Origin: Amylibacter sp. IMCC11727 | Lineage (GTDB): Bacteria; Pseudomonadota; Alphaproteobacteria; Rhodobacterales; Rhodobacteraceae | Direction: 5' to 3' | Length of the DNA stretch: 64,000 nt | NCBI RefSeq assembly: GCF_029854195.1 | Contig: NZ_CP122960.1 | Coordinates: forward strand, 510,984-574,983 | Shown: positions 10,701 to 21,236 of the stretch, piece after piece | Layout: each line of letters opens with the position of its first letter | Numbering within the stretch: the first letter of the stretch is position 1 | Position numbers and translations under genes: made by a program | The notes under the pieces: generated by a model | Seen by the model: only the letters and a program-made list of their open reading frames with translations | Database searches by the model: none | Told to the model about the DNA's origin: nothing

Positions 10701-11446
10701 GCAAGCATCAATCGCGCGATCAGCGTGGTTGCGGCAATGGCTGAAAGGGCGAGCGCGTAGGGACGCAGTGTGTGGCGTTCCATGCGGTGGGCCAACGGCA
10801 TTGAAACCGCAAGACCAAGGGCGATGGCGGGGAGCAAACTGCCAGCGAAGATCAGGTGTTTTGCGGTTATCAGTCCTTGCCAAGCTAGGGCTAAAACCGA
10901 TGAACACATGCCCCAAAAGAAAAACGCATTCTGCATGGCGCGGGCGCGTTTTGCGGGTTCGTGTTGATACAGCAGCGCCATGGGGGGTGCGCCAACGGCG
11001 GTGATGGTTCCCATGAGGCCTGCTGCGATGCCAGCGGTGACAAGGGTGGTTGATTTGATTGCAACGCGTAAGCCCGACAGGCTGAGCAGGATGCCGATCA
11101 AGACCGCGACACCTGTTAGCCCCGCGATCAGGTTCACATTCGTGATGGATGCAGCAACCATGGCGGCGATGACTGCGCCGAGGGCTCGGCCAAAGAAGCC
11201 TGGGATAATTTCAGCGCGGGTGAGGGCGGAGAAGTCCACTGCGATAGACGTGAGGCCAACTGTGATGCCAAGAAGGAGCAATCCTGCAGGCAAAAACTGT
11301 GGTGCGACAAGCGCGATCAGCGGGGCGGCGACAATGCCAAAGGCTTGGCCCGAGAGGCGTTGAATGCCTGAAGATAAGAGCACCGCACCAAAACACGCAG
11401 ACCAAACGGCAAAGCTGATGTCGAGGCGGGCGAAGAGATCAGTCAT
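10697..11446 (-). CDS. TauE/SafE-family (sulfite exporter-like) membrane protein
   Basis: About 250 aa polytopic membrane protein with the TauE/SafE repeat pattern. It overlaps the rnr stop. Confidence 0.7.
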   Translation of the reverse strand: MTDLFARLDISFAVWSACFGAVLLSSGIQRLSGQAFGIVAAPLIALVAPQFLPAGLLLLGITVGLTSIAVDFSALTRAEIIPGFFGRALGAVIAAMVAASITNVNLIAGLTGVAVLIGILLSLSGLRVAIKSTTLVTAGIAAGLMGTITAVGAPPMALLYQHEPAKRARAMQNAFFFWGMCSSVLALAWQGLITAKHLIFAGSLLPAIALGLAVSMPLAHRMERHTLRPYALALSAIAATTLIARLMLA

Positions 11447-11834
11447 AGATCGAAATTTCGATCAGGTTTCGATCGGGGTCGCGGATGTAAAGGGATGTGA
11501 TCGGGCCTTGTGCTCCTGTGCGCGATACGGGGCCGTCGATTACGGAAACGCCTGCTTTGGCAAGGTGGGATTGCCATGTGGCCAAAGGATCATTTGTTAA
11601 CAAACACAGATCGGCGCTGCCTGTAGTGGGTTTTTCTGCGTGGGGTTTAAACGGGGACGCGGCGGCGTGCAGGTTGATCTTTTGCGCGCCGAATTTCAAC
11701 GCAGTGCGCGTGCTGCCGTCTGCCACGGGGAATGTTTCGACGGTCATGCCAAGCACATCGCGGTAAAATGCGGCGCTGCGTGAAATATCGGCGACCGTTA
11801 AAACCAAATGATCGAGCGCGGTGACGTTTACCAT
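11439..11834 (-). CDS. VOC (glyoxalase/bleomycin-resistance) family protein
   Basis: LDHLVLTVADISRSAAFYRDVLGM VOC motif. The ATG at 11834 is the preferred start. Confidence 0.7.
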   Translation of the reverse strand: MVNVTALDHLVLTVADISRSAAFYRDVLGMTVETFPVADGSTRTALKFGAQKINLHAAASPFKPHAEKPTTGSADLCLLTNDPLATWQSHLAKAGVSVIDGPVSRTGAQGPITSLYIRDPDRNLIEISIYD

Positions 11835-11893
11835 GTTTTCCTCTGCATAATCTGCCTTGCGTATACCGTGCGATCCGTTCCAAGAATAGCCAT

Positions 11894-12718
11894 ATGACTG
11901 CGATTGGAAAAACCAAAGACATTTCGGACATCTTGGACCCTGCACGCGCGGCGGCCCTGCATGTAACGCTTGATCTGGCGGGGCCAGCGCCCGCGCATGG
12001 GGATCCGCTGCCGCCGTTTTGGCATTATGCGTATTTTTGGGAAAGCCTACCGCCTGCGGGGTTGGGGCGGGATGGGCATCCGCGCACAGGGGATTTCATT
12101 CCTGATCTGGGGCTGCCACGGCGCATGTGGGCGGGGGGCAATTTGGCGTTTCTTGCACCCCTTTTGATTGGGCAAGCGGCGCAGAAGAAAACCAAGATTG
12201 TCGATGTTGTGCGCAAAGTTGCGCGATCTGGACCGTTGGCTATTGTCACACTGCGCCACGAATTTTCTCAAGATGGCCGCCTGTGTGTGACCGAAGATCA
12301 GTCGTTGATTTATCGGGCCGAAGCGGCGGGGGGAGGTGAGAAGCCAGTACCCCCTGTGGCGCCGACGGATGAAGCTGTGAAGCAATCGCGCAGGTTTTCA
12401 TCCACGGATTTGTTCCGCTATTCCGCGTTGACGTTCAATGGCCACCGCATTCACTATGACCGTGACTATGCACGAGATATCGAAGGGTATGACGGGTTGA
12501 TTGTGCATGGCCCGTTGTTGGCGCAGGGACTGTTGAATTTGGGGCAGAGCCTGTTGGGTGATGTAAAGACATTCCGCTTTCGCGCCACGGCACCGCTGTT
12601 TGACCATGAAGAGGTTACGTTTTGCGCCAAGCCAGAGGCCGAGGGCGTTTCCCTGTGGGCGCGTGGCCCAGATGGGCGCATGTGTTTGACGGCAACGGCA
12701 ACGGCGACGGCTACTTAG
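11894..12718 (+). CDS. MaoC-like hotdog-fold dehydratase (N-terminal FAS1-like half plus C-terminal MaoC half)
   Basis: C-terminal MaoC signature (NGHRIHYDRDYARDIEGYDGLIVHGPLL). Length about 275 aa. Confidence 0.6.
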   Translation: MTAIGKTKDISDILDPARAAALHVTLDLAGPAPAHGDPLPPFWHYAYFWESLPPAGLGRDGHPRTGDFIPDLGLPRRMWAGGNLAFLAPLLIGQAAQKKTKIVDVVRKVARSGPLAIVTLRHEFSQDGRLCVTEDQSLIYRAEAAGGGEKPVPPVAPTDEAVKQSRRFSSTDLFRYSALTFNGHRIHYDRDYARDIEGYDGLIVHGPLLAQGLLNLGQSLLGDVKTFRFRATAPLFDHEEVTFCAKPEAEGVSLWARGPDGRMCLTATATATAT

Positions 12719-13787
12719 CCATGTGCCAATCAAGGGTGAAGCTGTCGGGGATTTCGACGGGGTCATTATGGATTTGCGCCGCAACAACCTCGCCGATTTT
12801 ATGGGACAGACCAAAACCGATTTTGAATGCGCCAAGGGCCGTGTAAATGCCGCGCAGGTTTGGCACGGGGCCAAGCATTGGGTCACGGCGGCGGGCCTTG
12901 GGGCGGATGCCAGACCAGCGGTGTAGGATGGGCGCATTCGCAAGGATCGGGCAGATCGCGCGGGCTTTTGCGACCACTGTGTCGAGTAGATGATCCGTGC
13001 CGTCCACCGTCCATGTGTTTTCGGATGTGGAGCCGACTGCAACCGTGCCATTGGAGTGGGGGATGATGTAGACGCCATCGGCATAGATTTGCGGGTGATC
13101 GCCCATGTCAGCGTCAAGCAGGGCGGCTTGCCCTTTGACCCCTGATCCAGGATTCAGCGCGGTGTGTGGGGCGATAAGGTCAAACCCCGAAACCCCTGCG
13201 GACACGATCACGGCGTCTGCTTTCGCGATGCCCCAAGGTCCCGAAACGCCATGGTCTGACAAGGCTGTCACGGGGTGGTTTTCCAAAATCGTTACGCCAA
13301 GAACCTGACACGCCAAGGCCAGTGATGCGGTGGCCTTTGCGGGGTTTATGCGGGCCGACAGTGTGTCGCGCACCACGCCCAAGGGGGCGGTGTCTGAGGC
13401 CATGGTTTCTGGGCGATCTTCCACCTGCCAGTGATATTTCCCCTGCCACACATCCAATGCGGATTGGGATCGGGCTGCGGCCAAGGCCAGTGCTTTTTGG
13501 GATAAAATCGGCTGTAATCGACCAATGCGGCCATAGCCTGATTGCAAGCCAGAGGCCGCATCCACATCGCGCCAGAACCTATGGGCGGTGTCCAAGGCTT
13601 CGAATTGGAATTGCTTTTTGGGGTTCCATTGATCGGGCACATGGGGGGCGAGCGCGCCGACGATGCCGCCGCTCGCCCCTGCGCCAACGGTTGCCGCGTC
13701 ATACACCGTTACCTTGTCGCCACGGCGTGCGCAGGCATAGGCACAGGCCAATCCCCATATTCCAGCGCCAATTACGATCACTTGCAT
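12711..13787 (-). CDS. FAD-dependent oxidoreductase, MnmC C-terminal-domain-like (glycine/D-amino-acid oxidase fold)
   Basis: MQVIVIGAGIWGLACAYA dinucleotide-binding motif. It is divergent from the MnmC methyltransferase-like gene, 43 bp away. Confidence 0.65.
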   Translation of the reverse strand: MQVIVIGAGIWGLACAYACARRGDKVTVYDAATVGAGASGGIVGALAPHVPDQWNPKKQFQFEALDTAHRFWRDVDAASGLQSGYGRIGRLQPILSQKALALAAARSQSALDVWQGKYHWQVEDRPETMASDTAPLGVVRDTLSARINPAKATASLALACQVLGVTILENHPVTALSDHGVSGPWGIAKADAVIVSAGVSGFDLIAPHTALNPGSGVKGQAALLDADMGDHPQIYADGVYIIPHSNGTVAVGSTSENTWTVDGTDHLLDTVVAKARAICPILANAPILHRWSGIRPKARRRDPMLGPVPNLRGIYTALGAFKIGFGLSHKIGEVVAAQIHNDPVEIPDSFTLDWHMAK

Positions 13788-13830
13788 TGCGGCTTCCTTT
13801 CGTCTGGTTTCTGACCTAGAGCATTGGGCC

Positions 13831-14508
13831 ATGAGCGACCAGAATGAATATGCGGCCCTTGAATGGCGGGATGGGAAAATTCCCATCGCAACACGGTTTG
13901 ATGACCCGTATTTCTCGCTCGATAATGGAATGGCAGAAACGGAGTATGTGTTTCTGGCGGGCAATGGATTGCCGGATCGGTTTGGCACGGGGTTTCACAT
14001 TGCAGAATTGGGGTTTGGCTCTGGCCTAAACCTGTTGTGTGCATGGAAAGCGTGGCGGAGTGCGGGACAAACCAGCGCGTTGCGGTTTACAAGTTTTGAG
14101 GCATTTCCAATGGCCCCTGCGGATATGGCAGCGGCCCAGGGGGCCTGGCCCGAGTTGGCGGATGAAGTGGCGGAGTTTGCGCAGATTTGGGATGCAGCGG
14201 CGGGGCGTGCCATTTGCGATACGCTGGATGCGCGGGTGATTTATGGGGATGCGCGTGTAACGCTGGCCAATTGGGATGGGGTGGCGGATGCGTGGTTTCT
14301 GGATGGATTTTCCCCTGCAAAGAACCCCGAATTATGGGAGCCTGATTTGATGGGCGCGGTTGGAAAACACACAGCGGTTGGTGGAACCTTTGCCACATAT
14401 ACGGCGGCAGGGCATGTGCGTCAGTCGTTGGCGGCAGCAGGGTTTGATGTGGAGCGGATCAAAGGGTTTGGGCGCAAACGCCATATGACACGCGGGGTGT
14501 TGGCATGA
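13831..14508 (+). CDS. mnmC: tRNA mnm5s2U34 methyltransferase, MnmC N-terminal (DUF752) domain-like
   Basis: ELGFGSGLN SAM-binding motif and a DGFSP motif, about 225 aa. Confidence 0.7.
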   Translation: MSDQNEYAALEWRDGKIPIATRFDDPYFSLDNGMAETEYVFLAGNGLPDRFGTGFHIAELGFGSGLNLLCAWKAWRSAGQTSALRFTSFEAFPMAPADMAAAQGAWPELADEVAEFAQIWDAAAGRAICDTLDARVIYGDARVTLANWDGVADAWFLDGFSPAKNPELWEPDLMGAVGKHTAVGGTFATYTAAGHVRQSLAAAGFDVERIKGFGRKRHMTRGVLA

Positions 14509-15374
14509 CGCAACAAAACGCGCGAGCGGGCATTTGGCTGATGGTGGTGGCGACCTTTGTGTTTGCCACGCAGGACGGAATTTCGCGACATCTGGCCGAG
14601 AATTACAACGTGTTTATGATCGTGATGATCCGCTATTGGTTCTTTTTGCTGTTTGTTGTGAGCGTTTCGAAGATGCGCACGGGCAGTGTGGGGGCAACGG
14701 CACGCACCTCGCAACCGTGGTTGCAGTTTTTTCGTGGGGTGCTGTTGGCCTGTGAAATTCTGGTTACGGTGATTGCGTTTACGTTTCTGGGGTTGATCGA
14801 AGCACACGCCATATTCGCAGTTTACCCGCTGATTGTTGCGGCCCTGTCTGGCCCGATCTTGGGCGAAGCGGTGGGCTGGCGGCGCTGGGCGGCGATTTCA
14901 GTGGGCTTTGTTGGAATGCTGATCATTCTGCAGCCGGGCTTTAAGGTGTTTTCACCCTATTCACTGATCGCGGTTGGCGGCGCGTTTTTGTTTGCGCTTT
15001 ACAATCTTCTGACTCGATTGGCGGCGGCCAAAGACACGGCAGCCACCAGTTTCTTTTGGACGGGTGTTGGTGGGTTTGTGATTATGACAGCCATTGGTCC
15101 TTTTTTTTGGGAACCCATGAGCGGCACAGATTGGCGGTGGATGGCGTTGTTGTGTGTAACGGGTGCAACGGGGCATTACCTGTTGATCAAAGCCTATGAA
15201 AAGGCCGAGGCCAGCACCGTGCAACCATTCGCGTATTTGCAGCTGGTGTTTGCATCGATGATTGGCGTTTCGGTTTTTGGCGAGTCGCTGCCGATGTCCA
15301 CCATAGGGGGCGCTGGATTGATTGTGGTGGCTGGTATTTTCACGCTGTGGCGTGAGCAGGTGGCCAAATCCTAA
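14505..15374 (+). CDS. EamA/DMT family transporter
   Basis: Ten-TMS membrane protein with two EamA repeats. Confidence 0.8.
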   Translation: MTQQNARAGIWLMVVATFVFATQDGISRHLAENYNVFMIVMIRYWFFLLFVVSVSKMRTGSVGATARTSQPWLQFFRGVLLACEILVTVIAFTFLGLIEAHAIFAVYPLIVAALSGPILGEAVGWRRWAAISVGFVGMLIILQPGFKVFSPYSLIAVGGAFLFALYNLLTRLAAAKDTAATSFFWTGVGGFVIMTAIGPFFWEPMSGTDWRWMALLCVTGATGHYLLIKAYEKAEASTVQPFAYLQLVFASMIGVSVFGESLPMSTIGGAGLIVVAGIFTLWREQVAKS

Positions 15375-15438
15375 GGCCCCGTTCTGTACATCGGACGCAT
15401 TTCGGCGCGTCGTTGTACTTTAAAACACAAAAGACGTT

Positions 15439-17385
15439 TTAGCCACGCGTTAGATCGCGGGTCAGGCGAATGGGTTCCACTTCGCCGCTGAGGCGCATCC
15501 GATAAACGTGCAGGGATTCAATGACGCGCATCACATAGTTGCGGGTTTCGCGGTAGGGAATGTGTTCGATCCAATCCACTTGGTCGATCAAACTGTCGCG
15601 GGGATCGCCGTAGGTTTCGATCCACTGATCCACACGATTTGGCCCTGCGTTGTAGGCGGCAAAGGCCAGCACATAGGAGCCTTCGTAAATTTCCAGCAAA
15701 CCGCCCAAATACGCCGTGCCAAGTTTGGCGTTATAGCGCCAATCGGATGTGAGGCGGTTTTTGGAATATTCCACACCGATGTCGCCAGCCACTTGTCGTG
15801 CAGTGGCGGGCATGACTTGCATCAATCCACGCGCGCCAACGGGGCTGACGGCTTCGGGATTCAGTTCGCTTTCGCGTCGTGCGATGGCCATGGCGACTTC
15901 GGGGTCTACGTCCACGGAATAGCGGGCCAGTTCAGTGACAGGGAAATAGCTTTTGGGAATGACAAAGCCGCGTTTTGCGGCCTCTTTCGCGACGCCAAGG
16001 GCAACGAACGGGCGGTCATATTCAAGCGCGAGTTCTGCCAGTTGCGCGGTTTCCACTTCGTTTGTGGTTTCGGCCACATGAGAAAAGAACCACCGCATGA
16101 GATTTTGTTCTTGGGCGTGGTGTAGCAAAATTCCTGCGCGAACGACGCTGGAGTTGGCCAAGCGGCCTTCGCGCCAATCGGGCACTGTGATTTTGCCTGT
16201 CAGGCGTTCATCGGGTTCTGCACCGAGCCGTTCTGCGGAGAGTTGGCCATAAAAGCTGGTTTGGTATTTTGCGCTGAGGTTGAACGCATCAACGGCGGCG
16301 TCAAAATCTGATCTGCGTTCTTCGGCGCGACCAATCCAATAGCCAGCACGACCAAGGCTGACGGGTGTTTTCACTGCATCGCGATGATTGCGGAAATGAA
16401 TCACGGCCTGTTCGGGGGCGTCCAGTTTCGTGAGGGATATAAACCCTGCCAACCATTCCAAATCAGCGTAATCTGCACCAGATTTCAAACCGTGCTGACT
16501 GGCGAGCCAATAGGCCAATTCTGTATCGCCCATGCGCATGGCGCGGCGGGCAAACCCACGGCGGCGCGGGCCCCATTTTTCTGGAATGCCCAATGTCGCC
16601 GTGTTGGTGGATTGTTCAACCAACAGTTTCTGCGCGTCATCCCAGCGGCCTTTCTTTACACGCCATTGGAACCGATCATAAGCCAGCCCGCCATCTGATT
16701 GCAGGGCTTTTGGAACCTCGGCGATGACGGCGTCCACGCCTTTACTGGCCCGTTGCAAAGCGATGCGCGCTTGGGCAAGTTTTTGTTGATCAGGTGTGAT
16801 CAGCGGTAACATGCGGCCTGCTTCGCGGGTGTGGCCGCCCCATAAAAGGAAATCCATGCGGCGCTGATGGTAGCGCGACAGACTGCCCGCAAATTTATTT
16901 AAAAGCCCCGTCATTTCGTGTTGTTGCAGGGTCAGTGTGGTCCAGGCCCGAATGGCTTCGGCGCGGGCATCTGCCGTGCGGCCTTGGGCGGCAAATGCTT
17001 CGGCGAGGCGCAGCGAACCGGTTCCTGTCTGGGGCAGTTGATCGCGAAAATAAGCGCGCACTTCGGCGGCATTGTGATTGGGCGGGATCGCGGCCTCTCC
17101 ACGGCGGCGCAGCCGTTTCAGGCCGGGCCAATCGGGGTTGTCGCGCAAAAATTCGGTGTATTCTTCCCAATGTCCTTCGCCGCGGCGCAAGCGTTGCCAT
17201 GTGACAAGGGTGCTGCCCACGGGATCAGACATCTGGCTGGCGTAATGGTCTGCGGTGACCCAATCTTCGGATGCGACAGCGCTAAAGGCGGTTGCCAACA
17301 GATCGCCGTCTTCCTCTTGAGCGGTTGCGCCAAGGGGCAAAAGGGCAAAACACCCTATCCATCCAGCTGTAAGCAGTGACCGCAA
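15439..17385 (-). CDS. slt: Soluble lytic murein transglycosylase (Slt70 family)
   Basis: Signal peptide, a superhelical N-terminal region, and a C-terminal SLT domain (ESELNPEAVSPVGARGLMQVMPATA). Confidence 0.85.
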   Translation of the reverse strand: MRSLLTAGWIGCFALLPLGATAQEEDGDLLATAFSAVASEDWVTADHYASQMSDPVGSTLVTWQRLRRGEGHWEEYTEFLRDNPDWPGLKRLRRRGEAAIPPNHNAAEVRAYFRDQLPQTGTGSLRLAEAFAAQGRTADARAEAIRAWTTLTLQQHEMTGLLNKFAGSLSRYHQRRMDFLLWGGHTREAGRMLPLITPDQQKLAQARIALQRASKGVDAVIAEVPKALQSDGGLAYDRFQWRVKKGRWDDAQKLLVEQSTNTATLGIPEKWGPRRRGFARRAMRMGDTELAYWLASQHGLKSGADYADLEWLAGFISLTKLDAPEQAVIHFRNHRDAVKTPVSLGRAGYWIGRAEERRSDFDAAVDAFNLSAKYQTSFYGQLSAERLGAEPDERLTGKITVPDWREGRLANSSVVRAGILLHHAQEQNLMRWFFSHVAETTNEVETAQLAELALEYDRPFVALGVAKEAAKRGFVIPKSYFPVTELARYSVDVDPEVAMAIARRESELNPEAVSPVGARGLMQVMPATARQVAGDIGVEYSKNRLTSDWRYNAKLGTAYLGGLLEIYEGSYVLAFAAYNAGPNRVDQWIETYGDPRDSLIDQVDWIEHIPYRETRNYVMRVIESLHVYRMRLSGEVEPIRLTRDLTRG

Positions 17386-17541
17386 TTATCCCCCCAAAAC
17401 GCGAATTTAACGCAGCTTGTACCCTATTTCATTTCGCCAACGGATCAATTCAATTTTTCGTTGCTCTGTTTGGCGTTTCGTTTTGGTAAATTCCCTGTTA
17501 TCTGAACATTGAATCAACCCACCCAAATCGGAGGCAATGCC

Positions 17542-18414
17542 ATGTTCAAAGGGTCCTACGTCGCGCTTATCACCCCGTTTGCTAACGGTAAGGTGGACGA
17601 CAAGGCGCTGAAACAGCTTGTAGAGTGGCATATCGCTGAAGGGACACACGGTATTGTGCCTGTGGGAACTACGGGTGAAAGCCCGACGCTGAGTCATGAA
17701 GAACACGATCATGTGGTGAAAACTGTGGTCGATACTGCGGCGGGGCGTGTGCCTGTGATCGCGGGTGCTGGATCAAACAACACAGCAGAATCGCTGCGTT
17801 TGACAGAATCAGCCAAGGCCGCTGGTGCAGATGGTGCGCTGGTGGTGACGCCGTATTACAACAAACCAACCCAGCGCGGTTTGATCGCACATTTCGAAGC
17901 AGTGGCAGAAGTTGGCATCCCCATCATCATCTATAACATCCCGCCGCGTTCTGTGATTGATGTGGTTCCAGAAACCATGGGTCTGCTGGCGAAGCACAAG
18001 AACATCGTGGGCGTGAAAGACGCCACAGGCGATTTGGCTCGTGTGTGTGCGCAGCGTCTGCACTGCGGTGAAGACTTTATCCAGATGTCTGGCGAAGATG
18101 CCACAGCACACGGGTTTAACGCCCAAGGTGGTGTTGGCTGTATTTCCGTGACGGCAAACGTGGCCCCAAAATTGTGTTCCCAGCTGCAAGAAGCAACGCT
18201 AGCAGGGGATTACGCCACGGCGCTGAAAATTCAGGACAAGCTGATGCCATTGCACGGTGCGGTGTTCACAGAGCCAGGGCTGGTTGGCGCAAAATACGGT
18301 GTGTCCGAATTGGGCCATTGTTCTGATGAGGTTCGCTTGCCACTGACGACCCTAACGGATGAGACAAAGGCCAAGATGGACGCTGCAATGCGTCATGCGG
18401 GCCTTAAAAACTAA
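17542..18414 (+). CDS. dapA: 4-hydroxy-tetrahydrodipicolinate synthase
   Basis: Typical DapA N-terminus ([13 protein letters not shown]...GTTGES). Confidence 0.9.
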   Translation: MFKGSYVALITPFANGKVDDKALKQLVEWHIAEGTHGIVPVGTTGESPTLSHEEHDHVVKTVVDTAAGRVPVIAGAGSNNTAESLRLTESAKAAGADGALVVTPYYNKPTQRGLIAHFEAVAEVGIPIIIYNIPPRSVIDVVPETMGLLAKHKNIVGVKDATGDLARVCAQRLHCGEDFIQMSGEDATAHGFNAQGGVGCISVTANVAPKLCSQLQEATLAGDYATALKIQDKLMPLHGAVFTEPGLVGAKYGVSELGHCSDEVRLPLTTLTDETKAKMDAAMRHAGLKN

Positions 18415-18417
18415 GCC

Positions 18418-18930
18418 ATGAAAACACCCACATACGACATACACCTTGTGTGTGGGTGTACTGGCGCGGGGAAATCCACGTATTCTTTGCGTTTGGCCGA
18501 AGACCTGCGCGGGGTTCGGTTTGCCATTGATGAATGGATGCAGCGTTTGCACAACGCGGACAAACCAGACGAACTGCGGTTTGAATGGTTTTATGAGCGG
18601 GTGCAGCGCAATTGTTTGCAAATGCGAAAAATGGCGCAGCAGATTGTGCCGCTGGGCACGCCGTGCATTTTCGACTGTGGCTTTACCAACAGCCATGAGC
18701 GGGCAATTTTCACCAATTGGGCCGAGGAGCATGGATTTTCGATCCAGCTCCACTATGTAGACGTCCCAAAGGACATACGCTGGCAGCGGGTGCTCAAGCG
18801 AAATGCAGAACAGGCGGAAACCTTTCAATTCGAAGTGACCCGCGAAATGTTTGACGGCATTGAAACCATGTGGGAACCGCCCAGCGAGAAAGAGATGCAC
18901 CAATTTCATGGTGTAAGAATTGAAGACTAA
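18418..18930 (+). CDS. P-loop NTPase / predicted kinase (AAA_33-like)
   Basis: Walker A motif GCTGAGKST. It sits 3 nt after the dapA stop, and its stop overlaps the smpB start (TAATG). Confidence 0.55.
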   Translation: MKTPTYDIHLVCGCTGAGKSTYSLRLAEDLRGVRFAIDEWMQRLHNADKPDELRFEWFYERVQRNCLQMRKMAQQIVPLGTPCIFDCGFTNSHERAIFTNWAEEHGFSIQLHYVDVPKDIRWQRVLKRNAEQAETFQFEVTREMFDGIETMWEPPSEKEMHQFHGVRIED

Positions 18931-19412
18931 TGGCTGCGAAGAAGAAAAAAGCTGATCCAAACAACAAGCTGATCGCTGAAAATCGGCGGGCGCGGTATGA
19001 CTATGCCATCGAGGATACGGTGGAATGTGGCATGATGTTGATGGGGTCCGAGGTGAAATCCCTGCGCGATGGTGCGGCCCACATCACCGAAAGCTATGCC
19101 GCGATTGAAGACGGAGAATTGTGGCTGATCAACAGTTACATCGGGCTTTATGCGCAGGCAAAAACATTTGGCCACGAAGAACGCCGTCGTCGTAAATTGC
19201 TGGCCTCCAAACGCGAAATTGCGCGGATGTGGCAGGGGATTGGCCGCAAAGGGATGACGTTGGTTCCATTGAAATTATACTTCAATGACAAAGGGCGCGC
19301 GAAGCTGTTGCTGGGTCTGGCCAAGGGTAAAAACCAAGCCGACAAACGCGAAACCGATAAGAAACGCGATTGGGCTAAGCAAAAGAACCGTCTGCTGCGC
19401 GATCACGGTTGA
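18930..19412 (+). CDS. smpB: SsrA-binding protein
   Basis: About 160 aa with conserved SmpB motifs ([16 protein letters not shown]). Confidence 0.9.
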   Translation: MAAKKKKADPNNKLIAENRRARYDYAIEDTVECGMMLMGSEVKSLRDGAAHITESYAAIEDGELWLINSYIGLYAQAKTFGHEERRRRKLLASKREIARMWQGIGRKGMTLVPLKLYFNDKGRAKLLLGLAKGKNQADKRETDKKRDWAKQKNRLLRDHG

Positions 19413-19484
19413 ACAGAAAAACACCCACCAGCCTTTGGGAGGTACTGATGGGTGTAATAGGGCGGCGGTGAACCAATGGGTTGG

Positions 19485-19691
19485 TTATGCGCCCCGATTG
19501 TGTGTTTTTGCATAGAGTTTTGCGACTGTTTTGCTGGCTGTTTTTTCGCACAGGCAAGGGATCAACGCATGAACAAGTGCCGCACCTGCGGCAACCATGA
19601 GCGTGGCGGCAAATTTTGTCGCGAACAGTAGGTGTTCAAAGTAAGTTTCATCAACGGATGCAGGGTGGTCTGTAAAAATCTTAGCAATCAT
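19485..19691 (-). CDS. Small hypothetical membrane protein (68 aa)
   Basis: A strong SD (aaggag) sits 8 nt upstream of the ATG, with one predicted TM helix. It is the C-terminal part of a longer spurious ORF. Confidence 0.45.
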   Translation of the reverse strand: MIAKIFTDHPASVDETYFEHLLFATKFAATLMVAAGAALVHALIPCLCEKTASKTVAKLYAKTHNRGA

Positions 19692-19923
19692 GGCGTGTCT
19701 CCTTTGATACAAAAGTACCGTCAATTTGCATGTATGCGGTCCCAATGTTGCAAGATTTTGGTAAATATTTGTGACTTCGTCCCTAATTATGAAATTTAAA
19801 TAGAAAATTGTCCCTATAGGTATTATTGAACATATTTTGCGCGCAAATTCTTGAAAATCGCTTGGCCTTATCCAAGTAGGAGTTACGACAACGCACGATG
19901 CGTTGCAAAAACAGGGGAAAATT

Positions 19924-20190
19924 ATGGATCTTACAGGAATTCTAGTACAAGTCGTCGCGGGTGCCGTTGGTGGTAACGCGGCGGGTGCGGTTTTGAAAAA
20001 CTTTAACCTTGGCTTGGTCGGCAACACGATTGCTGGCCTTGTTGGCGGTGGTCTCGGCGGGCAGATTATTTCTGCGGTTGCTGGTGGCAACCTAGACGGT
20101 ATCGCAGGGGACATTGCTGGCGGTGGTGTTGGCGGTGCGGTTGTTTTGGCCGTGGTTGGCATGATCAAATCGGCCATGAACAAAGGCTAA
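19924..20190 (+). CDS. GlsB/YeaQ/YmgE-family stress-response membrane protein
   Basis: Glycine-rich repeats (GAVGGNAAGAV...GGGLGGQI), about 90 aa, with an AT-rich promoter region upstream. Confidence 0.75.
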   Translation: MDLTGILVQVVAGAVGGNAAGAVLKNFNLGLVGNTIAGLVGGGLGGQIISAVAGGNLDGIAGDIAGGGVGGAVVLAVVGMIKSAMNKG

Positions 20191-20343
20191 GGTCTTTGGT
20201 TTCGGTTCTGGGCTGACCCAAAGCCCAAAGGTGCACAAAAGCGCGTTTTGGTAAAAGCCAAAGCGCGTTTTCTTGTTTGACTGGCCCTTGAATCCTGCGG
20301 CGTGCGGGGCTAATGCGGGATAAACTCCTAATAGGTTGTGGTT

Positions 20344-21195
20344 ATGTCGCGAACTGATCTCAAAACGCTCGTATCAACGGACTGGTTGGCGGATCAGATC
20401 GGAGAGCCTGATCTGCGTGTGTTGGATGCGTCATGGTATCTGCCTGCGCAAAATCGCGACCCCAAGGCAGAATACGCAGAGAGCCATATTCCAGGTGCGC
20501 GGTTCTTTGACATTGATGCTGTGTCTGACAGCAATTCAGATTTGCCCCATATGGCCCCGCCTGTTGAAAAATTCATGTCGCGGATGCGTGCGCTTGGCGT
20601 TGGGGACGGGCATCGTGTGGTTGTTTATGATGGCGCTGGATTGTTTTCTGCGGCCCGCGTGTGGTGGTTGTTCCGCCATATGGGCCAAGACAACATTGCG
20701 GTTCTGGACGGGGGCTTGCCGAAATGGATTGCCGAAGGACGCCCTACCGAAAGCACTGCACCGGTTATTCGGGATCGTCACATGACCGCCACGCGCAATC
20801 CCGCGCTGGTGAAAGATGTTACGCAGGTTGCATTGGCATCAAAGTTGAACCAAGCCGAAATCATTGATGCGCGCGCCGCAGAACGGTTTCGTGGCGATGC
20901 GCCAGAGCCGCGCCAAGGGTTGCGGGCAGGACATATTCCCAATTCCAAAAATGTGCCGTTCACCACGTTGTTGAACGAAGACAAAACGATGAAATCCCCC
21001 TTGGAATTGGCCAGTATTTTCGAAGCCGCTGGCGTTGATCTGGATCGCCCGATCATCACGTCTTGCGGATCAGGAGTGACGGCGGCGGTACTGTCGCTTG
21101 CGCTGGAAATTATCGGCCATCGGGATCACGCGCTCTATGACGGGTCGTGGACCGAATGGGGCAGCTATGACGATTTAAAAGTGGAACAGGGTTAG
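20344..21195 (+). CDS. sseA: 3-mercaptopyruvate sulfurtransferase (tandem rhodanese)
   Basis: Two rhodanese domains, with the active-site Cys in CGSGVTA. Confidence 0.85.
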   Translation: MSRTDLKTLVSTDWLADQIGEPDLRVLDASWYLPAQNRDPKAEYAESHIPGARFFDIDAVSDSNSDLPHMAPPVEKFMSRMRALGVGDGHRVVVYDGAGLFSAARVWWLFRHMGQDNIAVLDGGLPKWIAEGRPTESTAPVIRDRHMTATRNPALVKDVTQVALASKLNQAEIIDARAAERFRGDAPEPRQGLRAGHIPNSKNVPFTTLLNEDKTMKSPLELASIFEAAGVDLDRPIITSCGSGVTAAVLSLALEIIGHRDHALYDGSWTEWGSYDDLKVEQG

Positions 21196-21236
21196 TGCTT
21201 GTTACTAAGGTACACGCCCGCAACTAGGATAAAGCA

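Noticed and set aside
18930-19900. tmRNA (ssrA) next to smpB
   Set aside because: I looked for the tRNA-like 3' end (GGGUUCGAUUCCC...CCA) and tag-coding features downstream of smpB. None was found. The region instead contains a small minus-strand gene and an AT-rich promoter.
19485-20183. 232-aa minus-strand ORF with Pro/Thr/Ala-rich N-terminus
   Set aside because: The N-terminal about 165 aa are antisense to the GlsB-family gene and its promoter. Only the C-terminal 68 codons, which have their own strong SD, are plausible.
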